From a virus: a stretch of 43,507 bases of DNA. A model generated the notes under the pieces. That model saw only the letters and a program-made list of their open reading frames with translations, did no database searches and was not told where the DNA came from. The DNA is taken from IMG/VR virus record IMGVR_UViG_3300032157_000022, positions 1-43,507 of that record. One strand, written 5' to 3'. Each line of letters begins with the position of its first letter. The stretch's first letter is position 1. Both the position numbers and the translations under genes were made by a program. Of this stretch, positions 22,648 through 30,462 are shown piece after piece.

Positions 22648-23711
22648 TAGCCGGAGATCACCCTCTGGCCGCCGCCCCCGCCGCCAGTTCCTGTACCATC
22701 ATCAACCTGATCAATAATGACGTCCAACAACGGCAACTGCGTCGTGCTATCTGTCCAAGTGGAGGTAACGAAAGTTGCATACACAGCCGTAGCCCCGGCC
22801 GGACTAGCACTGAAAAAATCGGCGGACGGCAAAGTTAACGTAGACAGATTGACGTTAGTCGCCGAACTTGGCTCGACCCATGCGCGGTAGATTGTTCCGG
22901 CAGCCCCAGTGACAGCATTATCAAAGTAAACTGTCGTCATGCCGTTGACGTTGGCTGCGTTTCTATCTCCTTCAAAAGCAGTCGAGCTGCTGGAAAGTTC
23001 GGTCCCACCATCATCGCCAATTGCAGCGTTGAAATCTCCAACCTGATTGGATGAAAAAAATCGTAGCCCGATAATTCGGCAGTCCATAGGAGGAGTGAAC
23101 TTCAACCCTCTTTTGGCCGAACTGGTATTATTGAACGAATTGGTCGATACCGCTGAAATCGGAAACGTCCCAGGAACCTGATAGAAAACCGTCGAGCTGC
23201 TTCCTAGCGCGATTAACGCCATTTGCCCCATCTGCGCCTTGGTTGGCGTACCCGTATTAGTGACCAAATATGGCAGACTACCTTGGATAGGATTAGATAA
23301 ACTGCCGCAATGTTGGATGATCAGACTTGTGCCAGCATTATACGCTATCTTAACAGCGAAAATATCACCCTTGGCAATGGTTGCCGAACCACCTAGTGCG
23401 ATTATCGGGTTAGTATTACTTGCAACAACTGTAGATGCGCTGGCTGATCCTCCGTAGGTCGCCGCCCCATCAGGAAGTCCTGTGCCTGCAACCACTCCTT
23501 CGATGCTAACAATAACTTCAGGAGATCCTGTGGCAGTTCCGCTTCGAAAGCTAACGTGGCTGATCGTCATACTTTCCTTGGCACAAAATACATATGAGAA
23601 GTATTCGCCCGCAGCATCAATCGTGGTAGCGGTTGCCAAGGAAGGGCTTCCCGCCATCGATGTTACTATTCCCGGAAAGGCAATCGGACTCGGAAGAGAT
23701 ACGAGCGTCAT
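22647..23711 (-). CDS. Virion-associated hypothetical protein (354 aa)
   Basis: ORF track. Ser/Thr/Gly-rich, ends in GTGTGGGGGGQRVISG. Start codon-coupled to the next gene. Confidence 0.5.
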   Translation of the reverse strand: MTLVSLPSPIAFPGIVTSMAGSPSLATATTIDAAGEYFSYVFCAKESMTISHVSFRSGTATGSPEVIVSIEGVVAGTGLPDGAATYGGSASASTVVASNTNPIIALGGSATIAKGDIFAVKIAYNAGTSLIIQHCGSLSNPIQGSLPYLVTNTGTPTKAQMGQMALIALGSSSTVFYQVPGTFPISAVSTNSFNNTSSAKRGLKFTPPMDCRIIGLRFFSSNQVGDFNAAIGDDGGTELSSSSTAFEGDRNAANVNGMTTVYFDNAVTGAAGTIYRAWVEPSSATNVNLSTLTLPSADFFSASPAGATAVYATFVTSTWTDSTTQLPLLDVIIDQVDDGTGTGGGGGGQRVISG

Positions 23712-23718
23712 TGCGACC

Positions 23719-24705
23719 TCACTTATAGTAAGCGGAAACGATCACGTCGTTGGCGCCAGGAGCGCCCGTGTCGTTGTCTGCAAAGCCGGTGGTGACTGCC
23801 ATTGAGAGCGCGGTATCGAAGGTCAGACCGAGGCCGCCGAAGCTCTCGGTAAGCACCGTATAGTCAGAGGCATTTGAAGGGATCGGAATGGTATCGATCG
23901 GCGTCGTGGTGCCAACGGTCGTATTCGCCGCGGTCGCGTTGTAAAGCTTCAGGTAGCGAACAGAGGTCGTGCGGTTGGTGGCGCGGATCTTGTATAGACA
24001 GCCTGCAGTGGCCTTGACCTCTTCCTCGGTCTCGTCGAGATCGAGCGAACGGAAGACGGACAGGCCTCCATTCGTATGGGGCTGCAATGTCGTGATGACC
24101 TTGCGGTCCAGCGTCATTCGCGCCGCCCCTGCGTCGCCCTCGTCTACGCTATCGGTTGAAGCTTCGTCAGCCTGGAAGCCGGCCATCATGACTTTGGTGG
24201 TGGCTGGGGTGAACGCCGCGTCGTCCGCTTTGATCGCGTCGTCGATCAAAGCAAGAGAAACCGCCACAGGGTCGTCGCTGGCGACTACGACAGGCGTAGA
24301 GTTTGCCATAGTCGTCTGGCCGTTGGCGTTCTGACCGTCCGGATGCTGGATCACAGGTATCGCAAAGGCACTCGCCGAAACCGCGGCGTCCGTGAATGTG
24401 ATTGCATTCGTTCCGTCGTTCAGGCCGACCTTGCCGACGACCGCCGTTCCTGCCGCCAAGACCATGTTATCGATGATCTGAAGCGCGGTGATGGCTGTGT
24501 CGAGCTTGGTGTTCGTTGAGGCGATCAGCGTTTCCAGCGTATCGACCGCAGCGAGAATAGCCGCTGCCGTTGTCTGCGTGGCGGGTACAACCTCAGCGCC
24601 AGCGCTGTCGTACTGGATATTTTTTGGAAACTTGACGCCGCCGATATCTTTATTGGCGAATGTCTCATTGCCAACTGCTACAGGAATTGAGCTGTTATCG
24701 GCCAT
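23719..24705 (-). CDS. Virion-associated hypothetical protein (328 aa)
   Basis: ORF track. N-terminal Ala/Thr-rich helical segment, then a beta-rich C-terminus. Confidence 0.5.
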   Translation of the reverse strand: MADNSSIPVAVGNETFANKDIGGVKFPKNIQYDSAGAEVVPATQTTAAAILAAVDTLETLIASTNTKLDTAITALQIIDNMVLAAGTAVVGKVGLNDGTNAITFTDAAVSASAFAIPVIQHPDGQNANGQTTMANSTPVVVASDDPVAVSLALIDDAIKADDAAFTPATTKVMMAGFQADEASTDSVDEGDAGAARMTLDRKVITTLQPHTNGGLSVFRSLDLDETEEEVKATAGCLYKIRATNRTTSVRYLKLYNATAANTTVGTTTPIDTIPIPSNASDYTVLTESFGGLGLTFDTALSMAVTTGFADNDTGAPGANDVIVSAYYK

Positions 24706-25097
24706 CAGTAGATTCCTTGTGAGATGTAGGTTGCTGTGTAGTTGGTGACGCCGCCAACCGCGGTAACAGTGATCAGAAACGCCCGCGTAATCGGATCATC
24801 GACGCCGTTGTCAGCCGATACAGTGATGGACTCGGAGCCAGCGCTAAGAGCTGCCGCGACCTCAAGCCGGGTATCGTCCACCCCGTCGATCGCAAATAGT
24901 CCGCCGGCATCGTCCGTCAGAGTGAAGGCATAGGTTCCGGAACCGTTTGAAACCGATAGCAGGCCGACCAGATCGCCCACTGATGCGTCTTCCGCGATCG
25001 TGGCGGCTGATAGCTGGATGGATGGGCCAGACACTCCACCGCCCCCGCCAAGGCTGCCAAAGCCATTCCCCAGCGAGCCAAGTCTTCCGAATGCCAT
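24705..25097 (-). CDS. Cadherin/Ig-like repeat protein (130 aa)
   Basis: Gly-rich N-terminus, then IAEDASVGDLVGLLSVSNGSGTYAFTLTDDAGGLFAIDG..LEV.. (cadherin-like repeat pattern). Confidence 0.5.
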   Translation of the reverse strand: MAFGRLGSLGNGFGSLGGGGGVSGPSIQLSAATIAEDASVGDLVGLLSVSNGSGTYAFTLTDDAGGLFAIDGVDDTRLEVAAALSAGSESITVSADNGVDDPITRAFLITVTAVGGVTNYTATYISQGIY

Positions 25098-25111
25098 GTG
25101 CGTCTTTCATG

Positions 25112-25142
25112 AAAAAGCCCGACGCTTTTGACAGCGCCGGGC
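25112..25142 (-). terminator. Strong rho-independent terminator between the lysis region and the receptor-binding island
   Basis: Minus strand: GCCCGGCGCT-GTCAAA-AGCGTCGGGC (10 bp, one G-U) followed by TTTTT. Ends 15 nt before the ATG at 25097. Confidence 0.75.
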
Positions 25143-25236
25143 AAGTCCTTGAGGAGGGGTAGTCCAAACAGAGTGACAAAGCGCTCCCACTCGGATTGGA
25201 GCACCCGCCGTCACTGAGTGCCGGCGGATTGGTGAA

Positions 25237-25386
25237 TTAACTTAAGACCACCCCAAGCCATAGAATGGCCGTGACGATCCACGAAGCGTATACCGTCGCG
25301 TATCCAACCCCGCCTTGAGAGAAGACGATAACAAGGACGGTCAGAACCACGGCGAGAAACGTGGCGATGCCGGCGATGACGATCAT
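25237..25386 (-). CDS. Two-TM micro-protein (49 aa)
   Basis: Not in the track. The ATG directly follows the upstream TGA. MIVIAGIATFLAVVLTVLVIVFSQGGVGYATVYASWIVTAILWLGVVLS. Confidence 0.45.
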   Translation of the reverse strand: MIVIAGIATFLAVVLTVLVIVFSQGGVGYATVYASWIVTAILWLGVVLS

Positions 25387-25617
25387 TCAGTTTCCCATCG
25401 CCTCGGGGCCGCGGTAGATCCGCGATTCCTGACTGATCTCGTAGGCATCGGCGATCAAAGCAATATCGTGCTTGTGAAAGAACACGTCAGCGACAATGGC
25501 CCTGATCGGGTCGCGCTGCTCTCTCTTGTCACGCACAAGGCGCGTCACCTCGTCCGCCATGGCTATGGCTTTGTCTGCATTTGGATGATCGCCAAATAGC
25601 CACGAACGCCAACTCAT
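25387..25617 (-). CDS. Hypothetical protein (76 aa)
   Basis: ATG 25617 in an ATGA overlap with the upstream ORF, within ORF 25387..25815. Confidence 0.45.
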   Translation of the reverse strand: MSWRSWLFGDHPNADKAIAMADEVTRLVRDKREQRDPIRAIVADVFFHKHDIALIADAYEISQESRIYRGPEAMGN

Positions 25618-25796
25618 GCGCCGTTCCTTTTCCCGGACAGGAGACCCTTCAACTCGGAAAGGGTGACCAAGGTTCGCTCCGATAGCGTCTCCAGCTTGGT
25701 GGAGACGGCCTTCCGTTCCAGTCTTTCCAGCCACCAAAAGGCTGCAAAAATCAGTGTCGGAGAAGCCGTAGCAAGCTTCTCTAGCCATTCCGGCAT
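25614..25796 (-). CDS. Small TM + coiled-coil protein (60 aa)
   Basis: ORF track. ..SPTLIFAAFWWLERLERKAV.. Confidence 0.45.
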   Translation of the reverse strand: MPEWLEKLATASPTLIFAAFWWLERLERKAVSTKLETLSERTLVTLSELKGLLSGKRNGA

Positions 25797-25943
25797 TTTT
25801 CATTCCGATTCCCATCCATTGGGTGCAATCCCAGCGTTTGTTAACATTTAACTGCCAGGATAACTCCTAGCCGTCGATGAAGTTTGACGCTTCACTCGGC
25901 GGTCAGGCTTGCACGGACGTTCGCAGCGAACGTGCAGGCCGCT

Positions 25944-26150
25944 TCACTTCGCTTTCGGAATGCACTGTTCCCGATACGTCAACTCGTTAGCTAGAAGCCG
26001 CCGCTTCACGCCAGAGGTTGCCGTAATTGCTCCGTCTCCTTTTGCTACGATTACGCGGTTATAGATATGACAGAACGAGTCTACCGGAGGCGGGGCGGTT
26101 GCGCAGCTACTTAGGCTCAAGGTCGCGCAGACCAGTATCAACTTCCGCAT
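25944..26150 (-). CDS. Outer-membrane lipoprotein spanin (Rz1-like o-spanin)
   Basis: MRKLILVCATLSLSSCATAPPP is a signal peptide with a lipobox (LSSC). Overlaps the 3' end of the i-spanin-like gene by 44 nt. Confidence 0.65.
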   Translation of the reverse strand: MRKLILVCATLSLSSCATAPPPVDSFCHIYNRVIVAKGDGAITATSGVKRRLLANELTYREQCIPKAK

Positions 26151-26331
26151 CGGTCATTCCGTTCACTTTTTCTAGAATCTTCTTGCCGGCGTCCGTCTTG
26201 ATCAGGATCGACTGCGTTACTTCCGCAATCGCCTGATCGTAGCCCTGCGATATCAACTTGCGCTCGCGTGCATAGTTCATGATTGAGTTCACAAACTTGA
26301 GCAGCGCGAGCGCGAAAGATATCCAGCTCAC
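26107..26331 (-). CDS. i-spanin-like protein (Rz-like, 74 aa)
   Basis: GTG in a GTGA overlap with the holin stop. N-terminal TM WISFALALLKFVNSIM, then a charged helical region. Confidence 0.5.
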   Translation of the reverse strand: MSWISFALALLKFVNSIMNYARERKLISQGYDQAIAEVTQSILIKTDAGKKILEKVNGMTDAEVDTGLRDLEPK

Positions 26332-26621
26332 TGCGGAGCAGTCACGCTCGGGATACCAGCAGCAACAGCCGCCTGCTTCGGAACGACCGTGATGCCGTTG
26401 CCCTGTGTCTCCACGATGGATTGCGCCTTGGCGGTCTGTGAGTTCACGACGGACTGGAACAGGACCGAAACCGCGGCGTACACCGTGGCAGCGATGCCGG
26501 CAGCGTCGCCCTTGAGCCACCCAGCGCCAACAGCGTACATGACGCCAGCGAGGATTCCCTTTTCGATGAGACCGCCGATCGGACCGGCAAACGTATTGAG
26601 GATAGCCAAAAGAGCCTTCAT
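26328..26621 (-). CDS. Holin candidate (97 aa)
   Basis: ATG 26621 follows GGAGAATGAA. Hydrophobic segments ALLAILNTFAGPIGGLI, ILAGVMYAVGAGW, IAATVYAAVSVLF. Lies between the endolysin and spanins. Confidence 0.55.
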   Translation of the reverse strand: MKALLAILNTFAGPIGGLIEKGILAGVMYAVGAGWLKGDAAGIAATVYAAVSVLFQSVVNSQTAKAQSIVETQGNGITVVPKQAAVAAGIPSVTAPQ

Positions 26622-26650
26622 TTCATTCTCCAGTTGATTGCGCGATGCCG

Positions 26651-27283
26651 TCACGCGGCGGATTTCATGGCAGCAAAGGTCATTGGACCGACTACACCGT
26701 CCGCGACTAGTCCGTTTTTCTTCTGAAACTCTTTCACTGCCGCCTCTGTCATCGGGCCGAACTGGCCATCAACAGGGAGGCGAAGCGCGGCCTGCAGATC
26801 CCGAACCTTCTCGCCGCTCGATCCCTTGCGGAGCGTGGCAGGAGGCGGAACATAGACGTCATCAACGGGTGCCAGATTGCCGTCGATGTCCCATTGCCGG
26901 GTATCGTCCCCAGCGGCTCCAGGAACGACGCTGATGTGGCAATGGTGATCGTGCGGGTTCTTGCCGGTGTACTTGCGCCAGACGCCCGGCTGCACTCCCG
27001 CGGGGCCTGAGCCTATACGACGGTTCGATATGATGTATTTGATCCGGGCGTCCTGCTTTTTCAGGAGTAGATCGGCGAAGGCGTAGGAGTCGAACCCGCT
27101 CTTCGGGTCGTGCGTGATGTCGATCGCGCGCACCACACCGTTGTCATCCGGGTTGTGGTCAGATGCTCGGGCGGAATGCCCCTCGTCACCAATGGAACCG
27201 TCGCTGTTCTTCGAACGTCCGAGCCATTTGGCGTTGACCTGCGAGCGCAGGATTTCAAGCGAGCGAGCGAGCCGCCAAGCCAT
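26651..27283 (-). CDS. Endolysin: LAS-type zinc peptidase domain plus C-terminal PG_binding_1 domain
   Basis: SDHNPDDNGVVRAIDIT...NPHDHHCHIS (H/D...HxH metal ligand pattern). C-terminal GEKVRDLQAALRLPVDGQFGPMTEAAVKEFQKKNGLVADGVVGPMT. Confidence 0.75.
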   Translation of the reverse strand: MAWRLARSLEILRSQVNAKWLGRSKNSDGSIGDEGHSARASDHNPDDNGVVRAIDITHDPKSGFDSYAFADLLLKKQDARIKYIISNRRIGSGPAGVQPGVWRKYTGKNPHDHHCHISVVPGAAGDDTRQWDIDGNLAPVDDVYVPPPATLRKGSSGEKVRDLQAALRLPVDGQFGPMTEAAVKEFQKKNGLVADGVVGPMTFAAMKSAA

Positions 27284-27407
27284 TCAAATTCTCCAATGTT
27301 TTGAATCTCTTACTCAACCAGTGATGCGCCAGCAGACAAATACGCGATCAGGCGTTGATCACCGCCCGGTTGCAGTGCTAGGCTTTACTCGGGGCCGGGA
27401 GATACAG

Positions 27408-27512
27408 ATGGAACAATTCGCTGAATACGCTTTGGGAGCTGGTATCGTTATCGTCACGCTGTACATGCTGGTTCGGGTAGCACTGGCTTATCTGTTCCCG
27501 AAGGACACATGA
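27408..27512 (+). CDS. Lone plus-strand hydrophobic micro-ORF (34 aa) inside the minus-strand late block
   Basis: GGGAG-6 nt-ATG. MEQFAEYALGAGIVIVTLYMLVRVALAYLFPKDT. Fills an otherwise ORF-free 232-bp gap. AT-rich third positions. Confidence 0.4.
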   Translation: MEQFAEYALGAGIVIVTLYMLVRVALAYLFPKDT

Positions 27513-27515
27513 GTA

Positions 27516-28559
27516 TTAGCGTTTTCTCCGCGCCCAGATCGTGCCGTTGGCGGTATATGTCGAGACCGTGAAGACCGCCCGAGCCACGCCGTAATAGGTT
27601 GTCGTTGATGAAATGTTGACCCTGAACGGTCCAACAGTCATGGTTTGATACAGATCGACGAGACCGGCAGTACGCCATTGAGCGAACTGAAATGGCGTAA
27701 TGCCTGGCAACGTCGCAGACACGGTATTGATTCCGATCTGGAGATCCGTCGTATTCGTCGCCCCGGCGCCGCTGAATATAACTGATAGGTAAACATCCCA
27801 GTCCCCTGCCGTCAGAGACACGCTACAAGCGTTTGCTGGCGTTGCCGTGGCAAGGCCAGAGGCGCCGCCAGCATTAGCGAGGACTTCACCGACGCTACCA
27901 GCAGCGGCATCGCCTACCGCTGTCGTCCCGACGATATTAGGCGTCGTAATCGTTGGACTAGTCGCAAATACCGCCCCGCCCGTTCCCGTCTCGTCAGTCA
28001 ATGCGGTTCGGAGATTAGCGCTTGATGGCGTTGCAAGGAATGTTGCAACACCCGTCCCGAGCCCGCTGATGCCGGTCGCTACCGGAAGATCCGTCGCATT
28101 CGTCAGCGTTGCCGATGCCGGCGTTCCCAAGGCGGGAGTGACAAACGAGCCGCCAGTGAGAGTCTTTCCGGTAAGGTTAATTGCAGATGGCAGTGAAAGT
28201 GTTGGATTGCCGGAAACGCCGTCGCCATTCGTGGCCGTGATTTCGTTGGCCGTTCCCGTAATGGTTCGCGCTGATCCTGTCCCAGAAGCCGTGCGAGCCC
28301 ATAGACCATTGGTCGAATTGTCCGCAAGGGCTTGCAGGTCTGCATCGTATGCCTGGACGTTTACGCCAATCGTGACCGCCGCCTGCGCCGCCGCGGTTGC
28401 GATATCAGAAATCTCGGTTTCGTCCACGTCGAACGTATAGACGCCGTTCGCTTTGGTAATGGCGACGCCGGTTCCGGCTACCAACTGCGCCGGGATGCGC
28501 GTGGCAACCCTGAGCTTGAGCGCCGACCGTGAGATTTTCAGGCGATAGGCTTGGCTCAC
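27516..28559 (-). CDS. Tail fibre protein (347 aa)
   Basis: GTG in a GTGA overlap. ..ITGTANEITATNGDGVSGNPTLSLPSAINLTGKTLTGGSF.. Thr/Gly/Ala-rich fibre repeats. Confidence 0.6.
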   Translation of the reverse strand: MSQAYRLKISRSALKLRVATRIPAQLVAGTGVAITKANGVYTFDVDETEISDIATAAAQAAVTIGVNVQAYDADLQALADNSTNGLWARTASGTGSARTITGTANEITATNGDGVSGNPTLSLPSAINLTGKTLTGGSFVTPALGTPASATLTNATDLPVATGISGLGTGVATFLATPSSANLRTALTDETGTGGAVFATSPTITTPNIVGTTAVGDAAAGSVGEVLANAGGASGLATATPANACSVSLTAGDWDVYLSVIFSGAGATNTTDLQIGINTVSATLPGITPFQFAQWRTAGLVDLYQTMTVGPFRVNISSTTTYYGVARAVFTVSTYTANGTIWARRKR

Positions 28560-28900
28560 GATGCAGGCCCGCCTTCCACGATCGGAACTGTACAGGACAT
28601 GATTTGCGTTACCACGTCGTCGATTGTGACCCGCAAGAACACGTAATAGGTTTCTGCGCACAACGTCGCCATGTCAGTCGGCGTGAATGCCCACTGAAAC
28701 GTCGTCGTGGTCGGTAGCGTTATCTTTCCGTTATCGGTCGATGCCGTCAGAACTGCTGTGTTGGGGTCGCTCAGCTTGCACACAAACAGTTCGATCGTGG
28801 CGCCAGTCAATGTGACCTCTTCCCCGTCATCGTCGATCAGAGGACTGATCGCGATCCAGTCTTCCTTGTTTGAAACAGCGGCGAGTGAGCCTGTGTACAC
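28556..28900 (-). CDS. Hypothetical virion/tail-associated protein (114 aa)
   Basis: ORF track. GTG start overlapping the HNH stop. Confidence 0.45.
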   Translation of the reverse strand: MYTGSLAAVSNKEDWIAISPLIDDDGEEVTLTGATIELFVCKLSDPNTAVLTASTDNGKITLPTTTTFQWAFTPTDMATLCAETYYVFLRVTIDDVVTQIMSCTVPIVEGGPAS

Positions 28901-29415
28901 TATGCTGCCCTCGCAAATTCGTGGTGAAGTTTGGCGCGCATCTCATGCGAGTGCTTCACTGCTTGACCAAAACATTGAAAATGCGTGATGTAGTATTGCC
29001 CTTGACTGTGACCAACCGAGACACGCCAGCGTGTTTCCTTATTCCACTTCACCAGAAATACGCCCTTGATGCCCGTCTTGTTGCGAGTTGAGAGGCGGCG
29101 ATTTTGATTGTTTTGTGATGAAGTGGCGTGACGCAAATTGACCTCGCGGTTATCCGAGCGGTTGCCGTTTTCGTGGTCCACCTCTCCTGTTGGATGCTTG
29201 CCGTGGCAAAGCGCCCAGCAGATGCGATGCACAGAATAGATTTTGCCGTCGAAATAAACTTGCCGATATCCGATGTTATTCAGGTAACCCGGCTCACTTC
29301 CAGCATCTGATTGGCCCAACTTAACGCGCAAAATCAGCGCACCCGTGTCAGGGTTGTAAGCAAATAGCTCCTGCAGCCGCTCAATGGGCGGAAGTGGTTT
29401 GGTTCGTTTTGGCAT
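28900..29415 (-). CDS. HNH_3 + AP2-domain homing-endonuclease-like protein
   Basis: GEVDHENGNRSDNREVNLRHATSSQNNQN (HNH_3), then TGIKGVFLVKWNKETRWRVSV (AP2-like). Confidence 0.7.
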   Translation of the reverse strand: MPKRTKPLPPIERLQELFAYNPDTGALILRVKLGQSDAGSEPGYLNNIGYRQVYFDGKIYSVHRICWALCHGKHPTGEVDHENGNRSDNREVNLRHATSSQNNQNRRLSTRNKTGIKGVFLVKWNKETRWRVSVGHSQGQYYITHFQCFGQAVKHSHEMRAKLHHEFARAA

Positions 29416-29423
29416 AATACAAC

Positions 29424-30410
29424 CTAGAGTTTAATATAGATGGTTGCGAGCATCGTCGGATTAACGATGTTGTGTGCAGATGCCGATCCGGCGTTTTGAA
29501 TAGTTGGAGTGTGGCCACCACCAGAAGAGGTCAAACCAATATCAGCTCCCTGATTGAGCGCGCCCAAATTATATGAAACAGGGCTGCCATCGTTGAGTGT
29601 TCGAGCGATGGCGTTTGAGGCGGTTAACGTTGTGTTTGCACTACCAGCAATCGCGGTAAAATGCTGATGGTCTGCAACAGCGTCCGCAACGTGCGTGTGC
29701 GTCAGGATAACATTGTTACTTTCCGTGCCGCCGGCAGCACCGAGCGCCGTAGCTGCCGTTCCGAAGTAGGTCGCAGTCAAGCGCCCTGCAGCGCTTGCAC
29801 CCATGTCGTCAAGGCCAGCCAGTGCACGTCCTCGCCAGTCCGGCAAGGCAATGGTTTTGTTAGCCGCCCAATCCGCCGCGGCGCTGGCGCCTCGCCCGGT
29901 CGATACCGTCAGATTTGCGTCTTCCGTCCAGAGAAATTCAAAGAGCGTTTGGCAATCCGAGTTAGACCGCTCAGAAGCGCCCGACGAAGCCGACCCGATT
30001 GTTCTACCGTTTGCTCTCACCCATCCGCTGTGCGCCCCTGTTCCATAACGCACCTTGAGGTCGCCGACCTGCAGAACTGTCGTGGCGTCCACCGATGGTG
30101 GCGTTCCGGTACCGGATGAGGCCCCTATCACCAGCAGGTTGTCTGCGGCAATCTGCGTCACGCCAAACGCATCCGTCAGCCTGATCTTTATCTGACCATC
30201 GTCGAGGTAGAACGACGGAACGCGGCCGGCAGCATCGAGGGTAATCGGATTTGGGTAAGGGATTGTGAGGGATGTATCCTGATAGGCCGATTGCGGCGTC
30301 GAGGTTCCGGCAGCAAAAAAATAGAGAAGGCCGCCGTTAAGAGGCTCTCCCAATGAGTTGAACTGTTGTGATAGGCTTAAACTGATGCTGCCGCTCATTG
30401 AACCGTCCAT
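29424..30410 (-). CDS. Tail fibre with phage tail-collar domain
   Basis: ..HSGWVRANGRTIGSASSGASERSNSDCQTLFEFLW...IALPDWRGRALAGLDDMG.. matches the collar-domain pattern (GW..nG......lf..l......lPD.RGR). Confidence 0.7.
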   Translation of the reverse strand: MDGSMSGSISLSLSQQFNSLGEPLNGGLLYFFAAGTSTPQSAYQDTSLTIPYPNPITLDAAGRVPSFYLDDGQIKIRLTDAFGVTQIAADNLLVIGASSGTGTPPSVDATTVLQVGDLKVRYGTGAHSGWVRANGRTIGSASSGASERSNSDCQTLFEFLWTEDANLTVSTGRGASAAADWAANKTIALPDWRGRALAGLDDMGASAAGRLTATYFGTAATALGAAGGTESNNVILTHTHVADAVADHQHFTAIAGSANTTLTASNAIARTLNDGSPVSYNLGALNQGADIGLTSSGGGHTPTIQNAGSASAHNIVNPTMLATIYIKL

Positions 30411-30411
30411 T

Positions 30412-30434
30412 AAAAAAGCGCCCCGAAAGGCGCT
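30412..30434 (-). terminator. Rho-independent terminator abutting the tail-fibre start codon
   Basis: Minus strand: AGCGCC-TTTCGG-GGCGCT followed by TTTTT, then A-ATG (30410). Confidence 0.65.
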
Positions 30435-30462
30435 GTTATTGGTCTATTGCGTAGTGGTGATG

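Noticed and set aside
18768-30410. Diversity-generating retroelement acting on the fibre and spike genes
   Set aside because: No reverse transcriptase gene and no template/variable repeat pair were found. The only shared segment is the short N-terminal anchor of the two spikes.
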